DNA from: Deltaproteobacteria bacterium
GTDB taxonomy: Bacteria; Desulfobacterota; Binatia; DP-6
Length of the DNA stretch: 64,000 bases
Direction: 5' to 3'
Assembly (NCBI GenBank): GCA_005879795.1
Contig: VBKJ01000127.1
Span: 7,427 to 71,426 of the forward strand
The notes under the pieces were generated by a model. The model ran no database searches. It was not told where the DNA came from and worked only from the letters and a program-made list of their open reading frames with translations. This document shows positions 8,656 through 18,181 of this stretch, one piece after another. How positions within the stretch are numbered: the stretch's first letter is position 1; every line of letters begins with the position of its first letter. Both the position numbers and the translations under genes were made by a program.

Positions 8656-10566
8656 ATGCTCGCCGCCGCCGCGCTCGCCGGGATCGTGTTCGCCGTTTAC
8701 GCGGCCGGCGCCTGCCCCACGATCTATGTCGGTGACAGCGGCGACCTGGTCACCGCGGTTCACGTCTTGGGCATCCCGCATCCGACCGGCTACCCGCTCT
8801 ACGTGCTCCTCGGCAAGCTCTGGTCGGTCCTAATTCCCGTGGGCACGGTGGCCTGGCGGATGAGCCTCTTCAGCGCCGTCTGCGCCGCAGCGGCTTGCGG
8901 GGCATTGTATCGGCTCTGCCGGAGCCTGGCGCTCCACCCGGTTGCGGCGGCCTTCTCGGCGCTCGTCCTGGCGTTCAGTCCGAGCTTCTGGTCGGAGGCG
9001 AACGTCCAGAGGGTATACGGCCTGGGGGCGCTGTTCGTCGTACTGGCCACGACGGCCGCTTGGCGCTGGCAGGTCCGCCGGGACGGGACGAGCCTCGCGT
9101 GGGCATCGTTCCTGTGCGGCTTCGGGGCCGCCAACCATGCCTTCATGGCCGTCTACGCACTTGCCCTCGGCGGTCTCGTACTCACGGCGGAGCCGGCCAT
9201 CCTGCGCTCGCCGCGGCGCGTCGTGGCGGCGGGCGGCGCGTTCTGCGCCGGGCTGCTTCCCTACCTCTACCTGCCGTTGCGCGCGCGGGCGCATCCGCCG
9301 CTCGCTTGGGGCGACCCGCAGACGCTCGGGGGATTCTTCAGGGTGGTCTCGCGCCGGGAGTTCTGGGGCCGTGCGTGGCTGGAAGGTCCGGCCGACCTGC
9401 CGGTCATCGCGGCGAACTACCTCGGGAGCTTCCGCGCGGAGCTCACCTGGGCCGGCGTCGCCCTCGCGCTGGTGGGGACGGCGGCCGGCCGCCGCCGGCG
9501 CTGGCCGGTGCTGCTTCCCGGGCTCGTCATGGCCGGGAACTTCGGGCTGCTGGCCGCTCATGGCTCGCGTCATGACCTCTTCACGTGGCACCGCTACTAC
9601 ATCCCGTCTTACGTGATGGCGGCGTTCCTCGCAGGGCTCGGAGCCCAGGTAGTGCTCGAGCGGCTGCCTGCGATGCTCCGCTTCCTTCCGCTGCTGGTCC
9701 CGGCTCTCCTGCTGGCGCTGGGGTGGCGGACCTTCGACCGGAGCCGCTACCGGATCGCGGAGGACTTCGGCACCGCGGTCCTCCAATCCCTACCCCCGGG
9801 CGCTCACCTCGCTGGGGCGGACGACAACGTGCTCTTCACCCTCATGTATCTTCACCTCGTCGAGCGGCGGCGGCCGGACGTGGACCTCATCATGCAGGGC
9901 GTGGGCGGCATGGAACTGCCGCCGCTGCGCTTCGATCCGGAGAACGACCCGCTGTTCTTCACCCATCACCCCAACTGGGATCATCCGTTGCTCGACGTCG
10001 TGCCCGTGGGACTCGTCTTCCGGGTGTGGCCAGCCCGCCGGCCGCCTCCGCCCGCGGCGGCCACTGCGGAGGCGCTGGACGGCGAGCGCGATCCGCGGGT
10101 GCCGAAGGACGATCTGACGCGAAGCCTGATCGGCCACTTCCACTACATGCGCGGGGTCACCTTCGCGCGCGGCGACTGGCCTCGCGCCCGGCGCGAGTTC
10201 GCGCTCGCCGGCGCGACCGCGGACGACGACGACGTGCTCTTCTACAACCTGGGTCTCGTTTTCCAGCGCAACGGGCTCCTCGAGGACGCTCTCGCCGCCT
10301 TCCGGCGCTCGCACGCGATCAACCCCCGGCACCTGGCGAGCCAGAGACGGCCACGTGCCACCGACCGGGTGGCGGAGCTCACGGCCGAGGAGAAACGGCT
10401 CGAGGCGATCGAAGAGGATCTGGTCCGCGACCCGACACTCCTCCCGCTCGCACCCGACACGCCTGCCTATCACCGGCAGCTGGCGACGCTTCTCGAGCGG
10501 CAGGGCGAGCCCCTGGCCGCGCACGGCCACCGCCTGAAGGCTCTCGAGATCGACGCCGGTGCTTGA
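8656..10566 (+). CDS. DUF2723/TMEM260-like membrane glycosyltransferase with C-terminal TPR
   Basis: PTIYVGDSGDL, GIPHPTGYPLY, FWSEA, YLYLPLRA, WGDP motifs; TPR-like YNLGLVF..ALAAFRRS. Confidence 0.85.
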   Translation: MLAAAALAGIVFAVYAAGACPTIYVGDSGDLVTAVHVLGIPHPTGYPLYVLLGKLWSVLIPVGTVAWRMSLFSAVCAAAACGALYRLCRSLALHPVAAAFSALVLAFSPSFWSEANVQRVYGLGALFVVLATTAAWRWQVRRDGTSLAWASFLCGFGAANHAFMAVYALALGGLVLTAEPAILRSPRRVVAAGGAFCAGLLPYLYLPLRARAHPPLAWGDPQTLGGFFRVVSRREFWGRAWLEGPADLPVIAANYLGSFRAELTWAGVALALVGTAAGRRRRWPVLLPGLVMAGNFGLLAAHGSRHDLFTWHRYYIPSYVMAAFLAGLGAQVVLERLPAMLRFLPLLVPALLLALGWRTFDRSRYRIAEDFGTAVLQSLPPGAHLAGADDNVLFTLMYLHLVERRRPDVDLIMQGVGGMELPPLRFDPENDPLFFTHHPNWDHPLLDVVPVGLVFRVWPARRPPPPAAATAEALDGERDPRVPKDDLTRSLIGHFHYMRGVTFARGDWPRARREFALAGATADDDDVLFYNLGLVFQRNGLLEDALAAFRRSHAINPRHLASQRRPRATDRVAELTAEEKRLEAIEEDLVRDPTLLPLAPDTPAYHRQLATLLERQGEPLAAHGHRLKALEIDAGA

Positions 10567-10597
10567 CCGCCTCCGCGCCTCGTCCTACCGGAGTGCG

Positions 10598-12556
10598 ATG
10601 GGCATGCGCTACCTCCTGGTGCTGGCCGCGCTCGCCTCCTTCGCCCTCGGCTGCGGCGCGAACCCCTCGACGGAGCGCATCGTCGTGCTCGGCCTCGATG
10701 GCGTCGACCCGCGGATCGTCGATCTGCTGATGGCCGAAGGCAAGATGCCGAACTTCGCCAGGCTCCGGCAGGAGGGCGCCTACGGGCGCCTGCTCAGCAG
10801 CGAGCCGATGCTCAGCCCGATCCTCTGGACGACCATCGCGACGGGCAAGCCCCCGCAGGAGCACGGCATCGGGCACTTCGTGGCGGTGAACGAGAAGACC
10901 GGCGAGCAGTTGCCCGTGACCAGCCAGATGCGCCGAGTGAAGGCGATCTGGAACATCCTCTCCGACGCCGGCCGGCGCGTGGCCGTGGTCGGTTGGTGGG
11001 CCACGTGGCCGGCGGAGACCGTACGCGGCACGATCGTCAGCGACCACGTCTGCTATCATTTCTTGCTGAGCGACGGGGCCGCAGAGGAAGGGCGCGCGCC
11101 CGGTATCACGTTCCCGGCCGAGGCGCAGGCCGAGCTGGCCCCCCTGATCCGCCGCCCGGGCGACGTGACGCTCGCGGAGGCGGCGCGCTTCGTCCACGTC
11201 GGCGCGGAGGCCTTCGCCCGTCCCTTCGCCTTCAGCGACGACCTGAGCCAGTTCAGGTGGGCGCTGGCGACGGCCGAGAGCTACCGGCGAATCGGCCTGC
11301 ACCTCTGGGAGCGCGAGCGACCGGACCTCCTCATGGTCTACGTCGAGGGCGTCGACTCGACGTCGCACCTGTTCGGACACCTCTTCCGCGCCTCGGGACT
11401 CGCGGGCGAGCTCGCGGCGCAGCAGGAGCACTACGGAGGGACCGTCGAGGAGATGTACCGCTACGCCGACGGCCTCGTCGGCGACTTCACGCGGGTGCTC
11501 GACCGCCGCTCGACCCTCGTCGTGCTGTCCGATCACGGCTTCGAGCTCGGCGCCGTGCCGGATGATCCCAGCAAGACGCGCGACATGCGCCGCGTGAGCG
11601 AGCGCTATCATCGGCGCGAAGGCATCGTCTACCTCTACGGGAACCGCGTGAGGCCCCGCGGCCGCCTCGATCAGCCGAGGCAGCTCGACGTGACGCCGAC
11701 GCTGCTCGCGCTCGCCGGCCTCGCACCCGCGCGGGACATGCCCGGCCGGGTGTGGACGGAAGCGCTCGACGTGAACGCGGAGCCGCCGTCGGTCGCCAGC
11801 TACGAGACAGAACGGTCCCGCGGGGGTGAGGGCGCGACCGACGCGGCCGTCGATCCCGCCATCCTCGAGCGGCTGCGCAGCCTCGGCTACCTGGGCGCGC
11901 GCTCACCGGAGGGCGACCGCAACCTCGCTGCCCTGCACTTCGAGGCCGGGCGCTATGCCGAGGCCGTGGAGGCGTACGAAGGCCTGGTGCGCCAGCACCC
12001 CGAGGACAGCGGCCTGCAGACGAGCCTCGCGGGCGCGCTCGGGGCGCTCGGACGACTCGATGAGGCCCTCGAGCACCTCGACGTGGCGCTCCGGCTCGAC
12101 CCCATCAACCCCGAGGCTCACCACAACCGGGCGGTCATCTTCGAGCGGCAGGGAAAGCGCGAGGCGGCGAGCGAGGAGTACCGCACGGCCCTTCGTTATA
12201 ATCCGCAGTACGAGCCGTCGCGGGAGGCGCTCATCCGTCTGACGGGATCGGCGCGTGTGAACCAGCCCCAGACCGACGCGGAGAAGCTCGCCGCCGCGCT
12301 CGCAGAGCAGGCGAGCCAGGCGGCCCGCCGGGGGGATTATCCGGCGGCCCTGAAGGCGCTCGACGAGGCCGCGCGCATCGCGCCGCGTTACGCTCTCGTG
12401 TACCAGTATCGCTCCAATGTCGCGTACCTCATGGGCGATCGGCAGGGCGCGATTGCCGCACTGCGCAAAGCCCTCGAGCTCGAGCCGGACAACGCGCTCT
12501 ACCGGACCAACCTGCAGCGCCTCGAACAGCCCCACCCCGGGTTCAATCCCGGATAG
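10598..12556 (+). CDS. Alkaline-phosphatase-superfamily (phosphodiesterase/NPP-like) lipoprotein with TPR repeats
   Basis: Lipobox-like ALGC; GLDG, SPILWTTIATG, DSTSH, SDHGF; LRSLGYL; several TPRs. Confidence 0.85.
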   Translation: MGMRYLLVLAALASFALGCGANPSTERIVVLGLDGVDPRIVDLLMAEGKMPNFARLRQEGAYGRLLSSEPMLSPILWTTIATGKPPQEHGIGHFVAVNEKTGEQLPVTSQMRRVKAIWNILSDAGRRVAVVGWWATWPAETVRGTIVSDHVCYHFLLSDGAAEEGRAPGITFPAEAQAELAPLIRRPGDVTLAEAARFVHVGAEAFARPFAFSDDLSQFRWALATAESYRRIGLHLWERERPDLLMVYVEGVDSTSHLFGHLFRASGLAGELAAQQEHYGGTVEEMYRYADGLVGDFTRVLDRRSTLVVLSDHGFELGAVPDDPSKTRDMRRVSERYHRREGIVYLYGNRVRPRGRLDQPRQLDVTPTLLALAGLAPARDMPGRVWTEALDVNAEPPSVASYETERSRGGEGATDAAVDPAILERLRSLGYLGARSPEGDRNLAALHFEAGRYAEAVEAYEGLVRQHPEDSGLQTSLAGALGALGRLDEALEHLDVALRLDPINPEAHHNRAVIFERQGKREAASEEYRTALRYNPQYEPSREALIRLTGSARVNQPQTDAEKLAAALAEQASQAARRGDYPAALKALDEAARIAPRYALVYQYRSNVAYLMGDRQGAIAALRKALELEPDNALYRTNLQRLEQPHPGFNPG

Positions 12557-12565
12557 CCCGTAGGC

Positions 12566-13513
12566 ATGGCGGTGTCGCATGACCAGGCCAGCGCCGCCGG
12601 GCGGCCGCTCACCGCAGCCGTCGTCGTCAGCTGGGAGGGCGGGGCGACGACCGACCGCTGCGTCGGGTCGCTGCTAGCGCAGGAGAGCGCCCCGGACGCC
12701 GTGCTGGTCGTCGACAACGCCTCGAGTGAGGCCGAACGGGCGAGGCTGCGCGAGGTCTGGGGCGCCCGCGTGCGGCTCATCCTCCTCGATGACAACCGGC
12801 AGTTCGCGGGCGGACTGAACGCAGGCGCGCGCGCGGCCTTCGCGGCTGGTGCGGAGCGCGTCCTGCTGCTGAACAACGACACGGTCCTCGCGCCCGACGC
12901 GCTCCGCCGGCTCGGGGCGGCGCTCGACGCGGCGCCGGCCGCCGGCATCGCGGGCCCGCTGGTCGTGTACGCGGACCAGCCGGGCCGCATCCTCAGCGCC
13001 GGCGAGCGCCATCTCCTTCCGCTCCTCTGCGTACCGCGGACGCTCCTCCGGCATCGACCCGGCGGCGCGACCGGGGCCTATCCGGTCCAGGGCGTGATGG
13101 GCTGCGCGATGCTCGTGACGCGCGCGTGCTTCGAGGCGGTCGGCGGCTTCTCGGAGGAGATCGAGGTCTACTACGAGGACGTCGACTTCTGCGTCGGCGC
13201 GCGCGCCTGCGGCTTCGGCGCCGTCGTCGAGCCGGGTGCCGTCGTGTACCACGATGGGTTCCGCGGCTTCGTGGCCGGGCTCACGCCGTGGGCGGCGTTC
13301 CTGAAGGCGCGCAATCCGTGGCTCCTCGTGCGGCGCCGTGGCGGGCCGGGTACGTGGCTCACGTTCGTGCCGACGTACCTGGTGATGATCGGCGCGAGCG
13401 CCACGCTCTACGCGGTCCGCGGACGCGGCGACATCAGCCGCGCGCTGGCGCGCGGCGCCCTCCACGGGCTGCGGGCCGCGGTCGGGGGCCGGCGGACCCC
13501 GGCGGGTCCATGA
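12566..13513 (+). CDS. Glycosyltransferase family 2
   Basis: VVDNAS, FAGGLNAG, LLLNND, YYEDVDFC. Confidence 0.9.
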   Translation: MAVSHDQASAAGRPLTAAVVVSWEGGATTDRCVGSLLAQESAPDAVLVVDNASSEAERARLREVWGARVRLILLDDNRQFAGGLNAGARAAFAAGAERVLLLNNDTVLAPDALRRLGAALDAAPAAGIAGPLVVYADQPGRILSAGERHLLPLLCVPRTLLRHRPGGATGAYPVQGVMGCAMLVTRACFEAVGGFSEEIEVYYEDVDFCVGARACGFGAVVEPGAVVYHDGFRGFVAGLTPWAAFLKARNPWLLVRRRGGPGTWLTFVPTYLVMIGASATLYAVRGRGDISRALARGALHGLRAAVGGRRTPAGP

Positions 13514-14643
13514 GGATCTGCTTCGTGAGCCAGCAGGTCGCGGACATCCGCACCGGGGTCGGCATGTACGCGAACGAGCTCATCCCGGCGGTGGCGGAAG
13601 CCGGTCACCGAACGACGCTCGTCGCCCGAGGGCGAGCACCCGGCTGGAAGGACGTCGACCACCACCCGGTGCCCGCGGTGCCGAGGGACCCGACGCCCGA
13701 GGGCTGGCTCTCCTTCGCCTGGATCGCGGCGCGCCGGCTCGGTGCGCTCGGCGGCGCGCGCGCCTTCGACGTGGTCCACTTCCTCGATGCCCGCGAGGCC
13801 TTGTTCGCGCGGCGCGCCGACGGCGCCTCGCTCGTCGGGACGGTACACGACTGCTATCTCGCCGCCGCGTCCCCCGACCTTTCGTACTGGCGCAGCCGCT
13901 ACAGCGACTGGGTGCGCCGCTGGGCCTACCATCGGCTGGCGCGCCGTCTCGAGCGAGCGGCACTTCGCAAGCTCGACGCGCTGATCGCCAACTCCCGCTA
14001 CGTCGAGCGCCAGGTGGGGGCGGCCTACGCGCTGCCGCCCCGGGCGCTGCGCACGATCTACCACGGCTTCCGCTTCGGCTGGGAGGCGCGGTCGGCTGGC
14101 TCGCCGAGCTCGGACGTGCTCTTCGTCGGCGCCAACTTCGAGCGGAAGGGGCTCCCCGGGCTCCTCCGCGCGCTCGCCCGCGTGCGCGAGCGCGTGCCCG
14201 ACGTCCACCTGCACGTCGCGGGCGACCACCCCTCCAGGCGCCACATGGAAGGCCTCGCGGGCGAACTCGGGCTCGCGGAGCACGTGATCTTCCACGGTTT
14301 CCTTCCTCGCGCCGACGTGGCGGCGCTCTATCGGGGGGCCGCCGTGCTGGCGCTTCCGTCCGAGGTGGAGGGCTTCGGCATCACGCTGATGGAGGCGATG
14401 CACTCGGGCGTCCCGGTCATCGCGAGCACGGAGGGGGGGAGCGCGGAGCTGGTGCGCGACGGCTGGAACGGGTTCCTGGTGGCGCCCGGCGACGTCGCCG
14501 CCCTGGCCGACCGGCTCCTCGTGCTCCTCACCGACGGGCAGCGGCGCGCGGAGATGGCGGCGAACGGACGCGAGACGGCGGGGCGCTACCCGCTCGCACG
14601 CATGGTCGCGGAGACGCTTGCCGTCTACCGGGAGGTCGCGTGA
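13510..14643 (+). CDS. Glycosyltransferase family 4 (GT-B)
   Basis: MRICFVS start overlapping the previous stop (ATGA); RKG and PSEVEGFGITLMEAM motifs. Confidence 0.92.
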   Translation: MRICFVSQQVADIRTGVGMYANELIPAVAEAGHRTTLVARGRAPGWKDVDHHPVPAVPRDPTPEGWLSFAWIAARRLGALGGARAFDVVHFLDAREALFARRADGASLVGTVHDCYLAAASPDLSYWRSRYSDWVRRWAYHRLARRLERAALRKLDALIANSRYVERQVGAAYALPPRALRTIYHGFRFGWEARSAGSPSSDVLFVGANFERKGLPGLLRALARVRERVPDVHLHVAGDHPSRRHMEGLAGELGLAEHVIFHGFLPRADVAALYRGAAVLALPSEVEGFGITLMEAMHSGVPVIASTEGGSAELVRDGWNGFLVAPGDVAALADRLLVLLTDGQRRAEMAANGRETAGRYPLARMVAETLAVYREVA

Positions 14644-15533
14644 GCCGCATCAGCGCGGTCGTCGTCCACTGGCGCGACCCGGCCGCGACGCTCGCCTGCC
14701 TCGCGAGCCTCGCCCGGGAGCCCGAGATCGACGTCCTGGTTGTCGACAACGGCTCGCGCCACCCGCTCGCCGTGCCGCCCGGCGTCCGCTGCGTGCGGAG
14801 CGAGGAGAACCGCGGCTACGCGGGCGGCGCGAACCTCGGCATCCGCGACGCGCTCGCCCGCCGCGCAGAGGTCGTCCTCCTCCTGAACGACGATGTGCGC
14901 GTTCATCCCGGCGCGGCGTGCTCAGCCCTCCGCGTGCTCGACCGGGATCCGCGCGTCGCGGCCGTCGGCGCGAAGGTCCTCGCGCGCGAGGATCCGCAGC
15001 GGCTCTGGCTCGCGTGGGGCCGGGTGACGTACCGGCAGAGCCTCGTCGCCCTCTGCGGGGCAGGAGAGCTCGACGGGCCCGCCTACGCCGAGGAGCGGGA
15101 CGTGGAGTGGATCGCGGGGTGCGCCATGTGGCTCCGCGCCCGTGCGCTCGCCGCGGTCGGCCTCTTCGACGAGGAGTTCTTCGCTTACCACGAGGAGGTG
15201 GAGTGGTGCGCGCGGGCGCGCGCGGCGGGATGGCGTGTCGTCTACTGCCCGGACGCCGTGGTGACGCACGGGGGACGGGGGACGTCGAAGGCCGCCGCGT
15301 CGGTGCGTGTCCGCAAGTACTTCACGGCCCGGAACATGGTCCTCTACGCACGCCGCCACGCGAGCCCGGTGCAACGCGCGAAGCTCGCCTGCTTCCTGGT
15401 CGGCACGCTGCCGCTGCAGCTCCTCTGGAACCTGCCGCGCGGGCGCGCGGGCGAGGTCGTGCTGAAGATGCGCGGCGTGCGCGACGCCCTCACGGGCCGC
15501 CGCCCGCCGTTCGAGGCGCTGGGGTTGCGGTGA
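14640..15533 (+). CDS. Glycosyltransferase family 2
   Basis: VVDNGS, NRGYAGGAN, LLLNDD, FDEEFFAYHEE. Confidence 0.9.
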   Translation: MSRISAVVVHWRDPAATLACLASLAREPEIDVLVVDNGSRHPLAVPPGVRCVRSEENRGYAGGANLGIRDALARRAEVVLLLNDDVRVHPGAACSALRVLDRDPRVAAVGAKVLAREDPQRLWLAWGRVTYRQSLVALCGAGELDGPAYAEERDVEWIAGCAMWLRARALAAVGLFDEEFFAYHEEVEWCARARAAGWRVVYCPDAVVTHGGRGTSKAAASVRVRKYFTARNMVLYARRHASPVQRAKLACFLVGTLPLQLLWNLPRGRAGEVVLKMRGVRDALTGRRPPFEALGLR

Positions 15534-15600
15534 GCGGCTATCTGGACTCGGCGCGCACGCCGACGTAGCGTGCCCGCCGCCACAGCCGAGGAGGTCTGCC

Positions 15601-16800
15601 ATGGACTTCGAGCCGTCACCCAGGGTGCGCGAGCTCCGGGACCGCATCGCGGAGTTCATGGACCGCCACATCTATCCCGCCGAGGCCGAGATCGCGGCCG
15701 AGGCCGACCTGGTCCGGCCCGGCGTGCCGTACCCGCCGACGCTGCTGCCCATCCGGCAGAAGGCCAGGGCGGCCGGCCTCTGGAACCTCTTCCTCCCCGA
15801 CGAGCAGTACGGCGCCGGGCTCAAGAACTGGGAGTACGGCATCCTCTGCGAGCTGATGGGCCGCAGCCTGGCCGCGCCGGTCGCCTTCAACTGCTCGGCG
15901 CCTGACACGGGCAACATCGAGATCCTGGCCGAGTTCGGCACGCCCGAGCAGAAGAAGCGCTGGCTCGAGCCGCTCCTCGAGGGCGAGATCCGGAGCTGCT
16001 TCTCGATGACCGAGCCCGAGGTCGCCGGCTCCGACCCGACGCTGCTCCGCACCCGCGCCGTGCGCACCGGCGACCACTGGGTCATCAACGGCCACAAGTG
16101 GTTCACCTCGGGCGCCATCGGCGCGAGCGTGGCGATCGTGATGGCGGTCACCGACCCGGAGGCTGCGCCGCATCTCCGCGCCAGCATGCTCGTCGTGCCG
16201 ATCGACACCCCGGGGCTGAACATCATCCGCCCGGTGCCGGTCATGGGCCACACGGGCGGCGGCGGGCACTGCGAGATCCGCTACGAGGACTGCCGCGTGC
16301 CGGCGGCGAGCGTGCTCGGTCCCGTGGGCGCCGGCTTCATGATCGCCCAGGCGCGCCTCGGGCCCGGGCGCATCCACCACTGCATGCGCGCCATCGGCGG
16401 CGCCGAGCGCGCGCTCGAGATGATGTGCCGGCGCGCCAACTCCCGCATCGCCTTCGGCGAGCCGCTCGCCAAGAAGCAGTTCGTGCAGGAGATGATCGCC
16501 ACCTCGCGCATGGAGATCGACCAGGCGCGCCTCCTCTGCCTCCACGCCGCCTGGAAGATGGACACGGTTGGCAAGAAGGAGGCCCGGCAGGAGATCTCGA
16601 TGATCAAGGTGGTGGCGGCGAACGTCTTCATGAACGTGCTCGACCGTGCCATTCAGGTGCACGGCGCGCTCGGCGTGTCGGACGACACGCCGCTCGCACG
16701 CATGTGGCGCGACGGGCGCATGCTCCGGCTCGCCGACGGCCCCGACGAGGTGCACAAGCAGACCATTGCGCGCCGCGAGCTGGCGAGGTTCGCGTCATGA
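15601..16800 (+). CDS. Acyl-CoA dehydrogenase
   Basis: FSMTEPEVAGSD, NGHKWF, QARLGPGRIHH, RLADGPDEVH. Confidence 0.95.
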   Translation: MDFEPSPRVRELRDRIAEFMDRHIYPAEAEIAAEADLVRPGVPYPPTLLPIRQKARAAGLWNLFLPDEQYGAGLKNWEYGILCELMGRSLAAPVAFNCSAPDTGNIEILAEFGTPEQKKRWLEPLLEGEIRSCFSMTEPEVAGSDPTLLRTRAVRTGDHWVINGHKWFTSGAIGASVAIVMAVTDPEAAPHLRASMLVVPIDTPGLNIIRPVPVMGHTGGGGHCEIRYEDCRVPAASVLGPVGAGFMIAQARLGPGRIHHCMRAIGGAERALEMMCRRANSRIAFGEPLAKKQFVQEMIATSRMEIDQARLLCLHAAWKMDTVGKKEARQEISMIKVVAANVFMNVLDRAIQVHGALGVSDDTPLARMWRDGRMLRLADGPDEVHKQTIARRELARFAS

Positions 16801-17771
16801 GGTTCGGACTGCAGGTCGGCTTCCCGGACTGGAGGCAGCTCCGCGACGTGGCGCAGGCGGCGGAGGCCCTCGGCTTCCACTCGATCTACTTCCCCGACCA
16901 CCTCGTGCACGAGGGACCGGAGCGCCAGCGCGACGACCATCCCGCCTACGACCCGATGGTGCAGGCGGCGGTGGCGGTCGAGGCGACCCGGCGCGTCCGC
17001 ATCGGCCATCTCGTCCTCTGCAACCTCTTCCGCCATCCGGCCGTCACCGCCCGCAGCCTCGCGACGCTCGACGAGCTCTCGGGCGGCCGTCTCGTCGCCG
17101 GGCTCGGCGCGGGCTGGACCGAGAGCGAGTTCCGGATGACGGGCATCGCGTTCCCGGACGTGACGACCCGGCTCCGCATGCTCGACGAAGCGCTCGCCTG
17201 CCTGCACGGGCTCTGGGGCGGCGACGCGTTCAGCTTCGCGGGCGAGTTCTACCGCTTCCGGGACGCGGCGCTCTTCCCCAAGCCCGCGCAGCGGCCGCAC
17301 CCGCCGTTCCTCGTGGGCGGGAGCGGCCGCGGGCTCCTGCGTCTCGCCGCCAAGCACGCCGACGAGCTCAACATCATCAGTGCGACCGGGAAGACGGGCT
17401 ACATCGCGCTCGCCGAGGTGAGCAAGCTGACCGACGAGAGCTTCCGCGCCAAGGTCCGCTTCGCGCGCGAGGAGGCGGCGCGCCACGGCCGCGACGGCAG
17501 GTCGATCCGGATCAGCCAGACGATCTTCACCCTCATCCTGACCGACGCCCCGCAGGCCACGCGCGCGATCGCCGAGAACTTCGGCAAGATGCTCGGCCAG
17601 GGTCCGGAGGCCGTGCTCCGCTCGCCCCTCTGCCTGATCGGCACCCCCGAGGACTGCGTCGCCGAGCTCGCGCGCCGGGCGCGGGAGTGGGACGTCACGG
17701 AGACGATCTTCGCCTACCGCGGCGACGACGTGCTCCGGCGGCTCGGGGAGGAAGTGCTGCCGCGGGTGTAG
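16797..17771 (+). CDS. Luciferase-like (LLM-class) flavin/F420-dependent oxidoreductase
   Basis: PDHL, FRHPAV, LDELSGGRL..GLGAGW, PKPAQRPHPP. Confidence 0.9.
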   Translation: MRFGLQVGFPDWRQLRDVAQAAEALGFHSIYFPDHLVHEGPERQRDDHPAYDPMVQAAVAVEATRRVRIGHLVLCNLFRHPAVTARSLATLDELSGGRLVAGLGAGWTESEFRMTGIAFPDVTTRLRMLDEALACLHGLWGGDAFSFAGEFYRFRDAALFPKPAQRPHPPFLVGGSGRGLLRLAAKHADELNIISATGKTGYIALAEVSKLTDESFRAKVRFAREEAARHGRDGRSIRISQTIFTLILTDAPQATRAIAENFGKMLGQGPEAVLRSPLCLIGTPEDCVAELARRAREWDVTETIFAYRGDDVLRRLGEEVLPRV

Positions 17772-17920
17772 CCACCCCGCCGCGAGCCGGACTCGACCCG
17801 GGGCCCGGCGAGCGGCGCCACCACGCGCGCGTCGCGCGGGCGACCGGCCCGCACCGTCGCCCCCGCGCGTTGCCGGGCTCACGACCCTGTGCTAGTCAAC
17901 CTCGATTTCGAGGAGGGCGT

Positions 17921-18139
17921 TTGGCTCGCGACGATCTGATCCAGATCAAGGGCACGATCACCGAGGCGCTCGCCGGGGGGAACTACCGCGTGAAGGGCGA
18001 CAACGGGATGGAGTTCCTTGCCAAGATCGGCGGGCGCATGCGTCGCTACCACATCCGCGTCATTCCCGGCGATCGGGTGACCATCGCCGTGTCACCCTAC
18101 GATCCCACCCACGGGCTGATCGTCTTCCGCGGCGGGTAA
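17921..18139 (+). CDS. infA: Translation initiation factor IF-1
   Basis: AGGAGG RBS then TTG start; ARDDLIQIKGTITEAL..GRMRRYHIRVIPGDRVTIAVSPYDPTHGLIVFR. Hidden inside the spurious 16646-18139 ORF. Confidence 0.95.
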   Translation: MARDDLIQIKGTITEALAGGNYRVKGDNGMEFLAKIGGRMRRYHIRVIPGDRVTIAVSPYDPTHGLIVFRGG

Positions 18140-18181
18140 CGCGGGCGCCGGGGCGCCGGCGGCGCCCCGCTCCGTCGCTTG

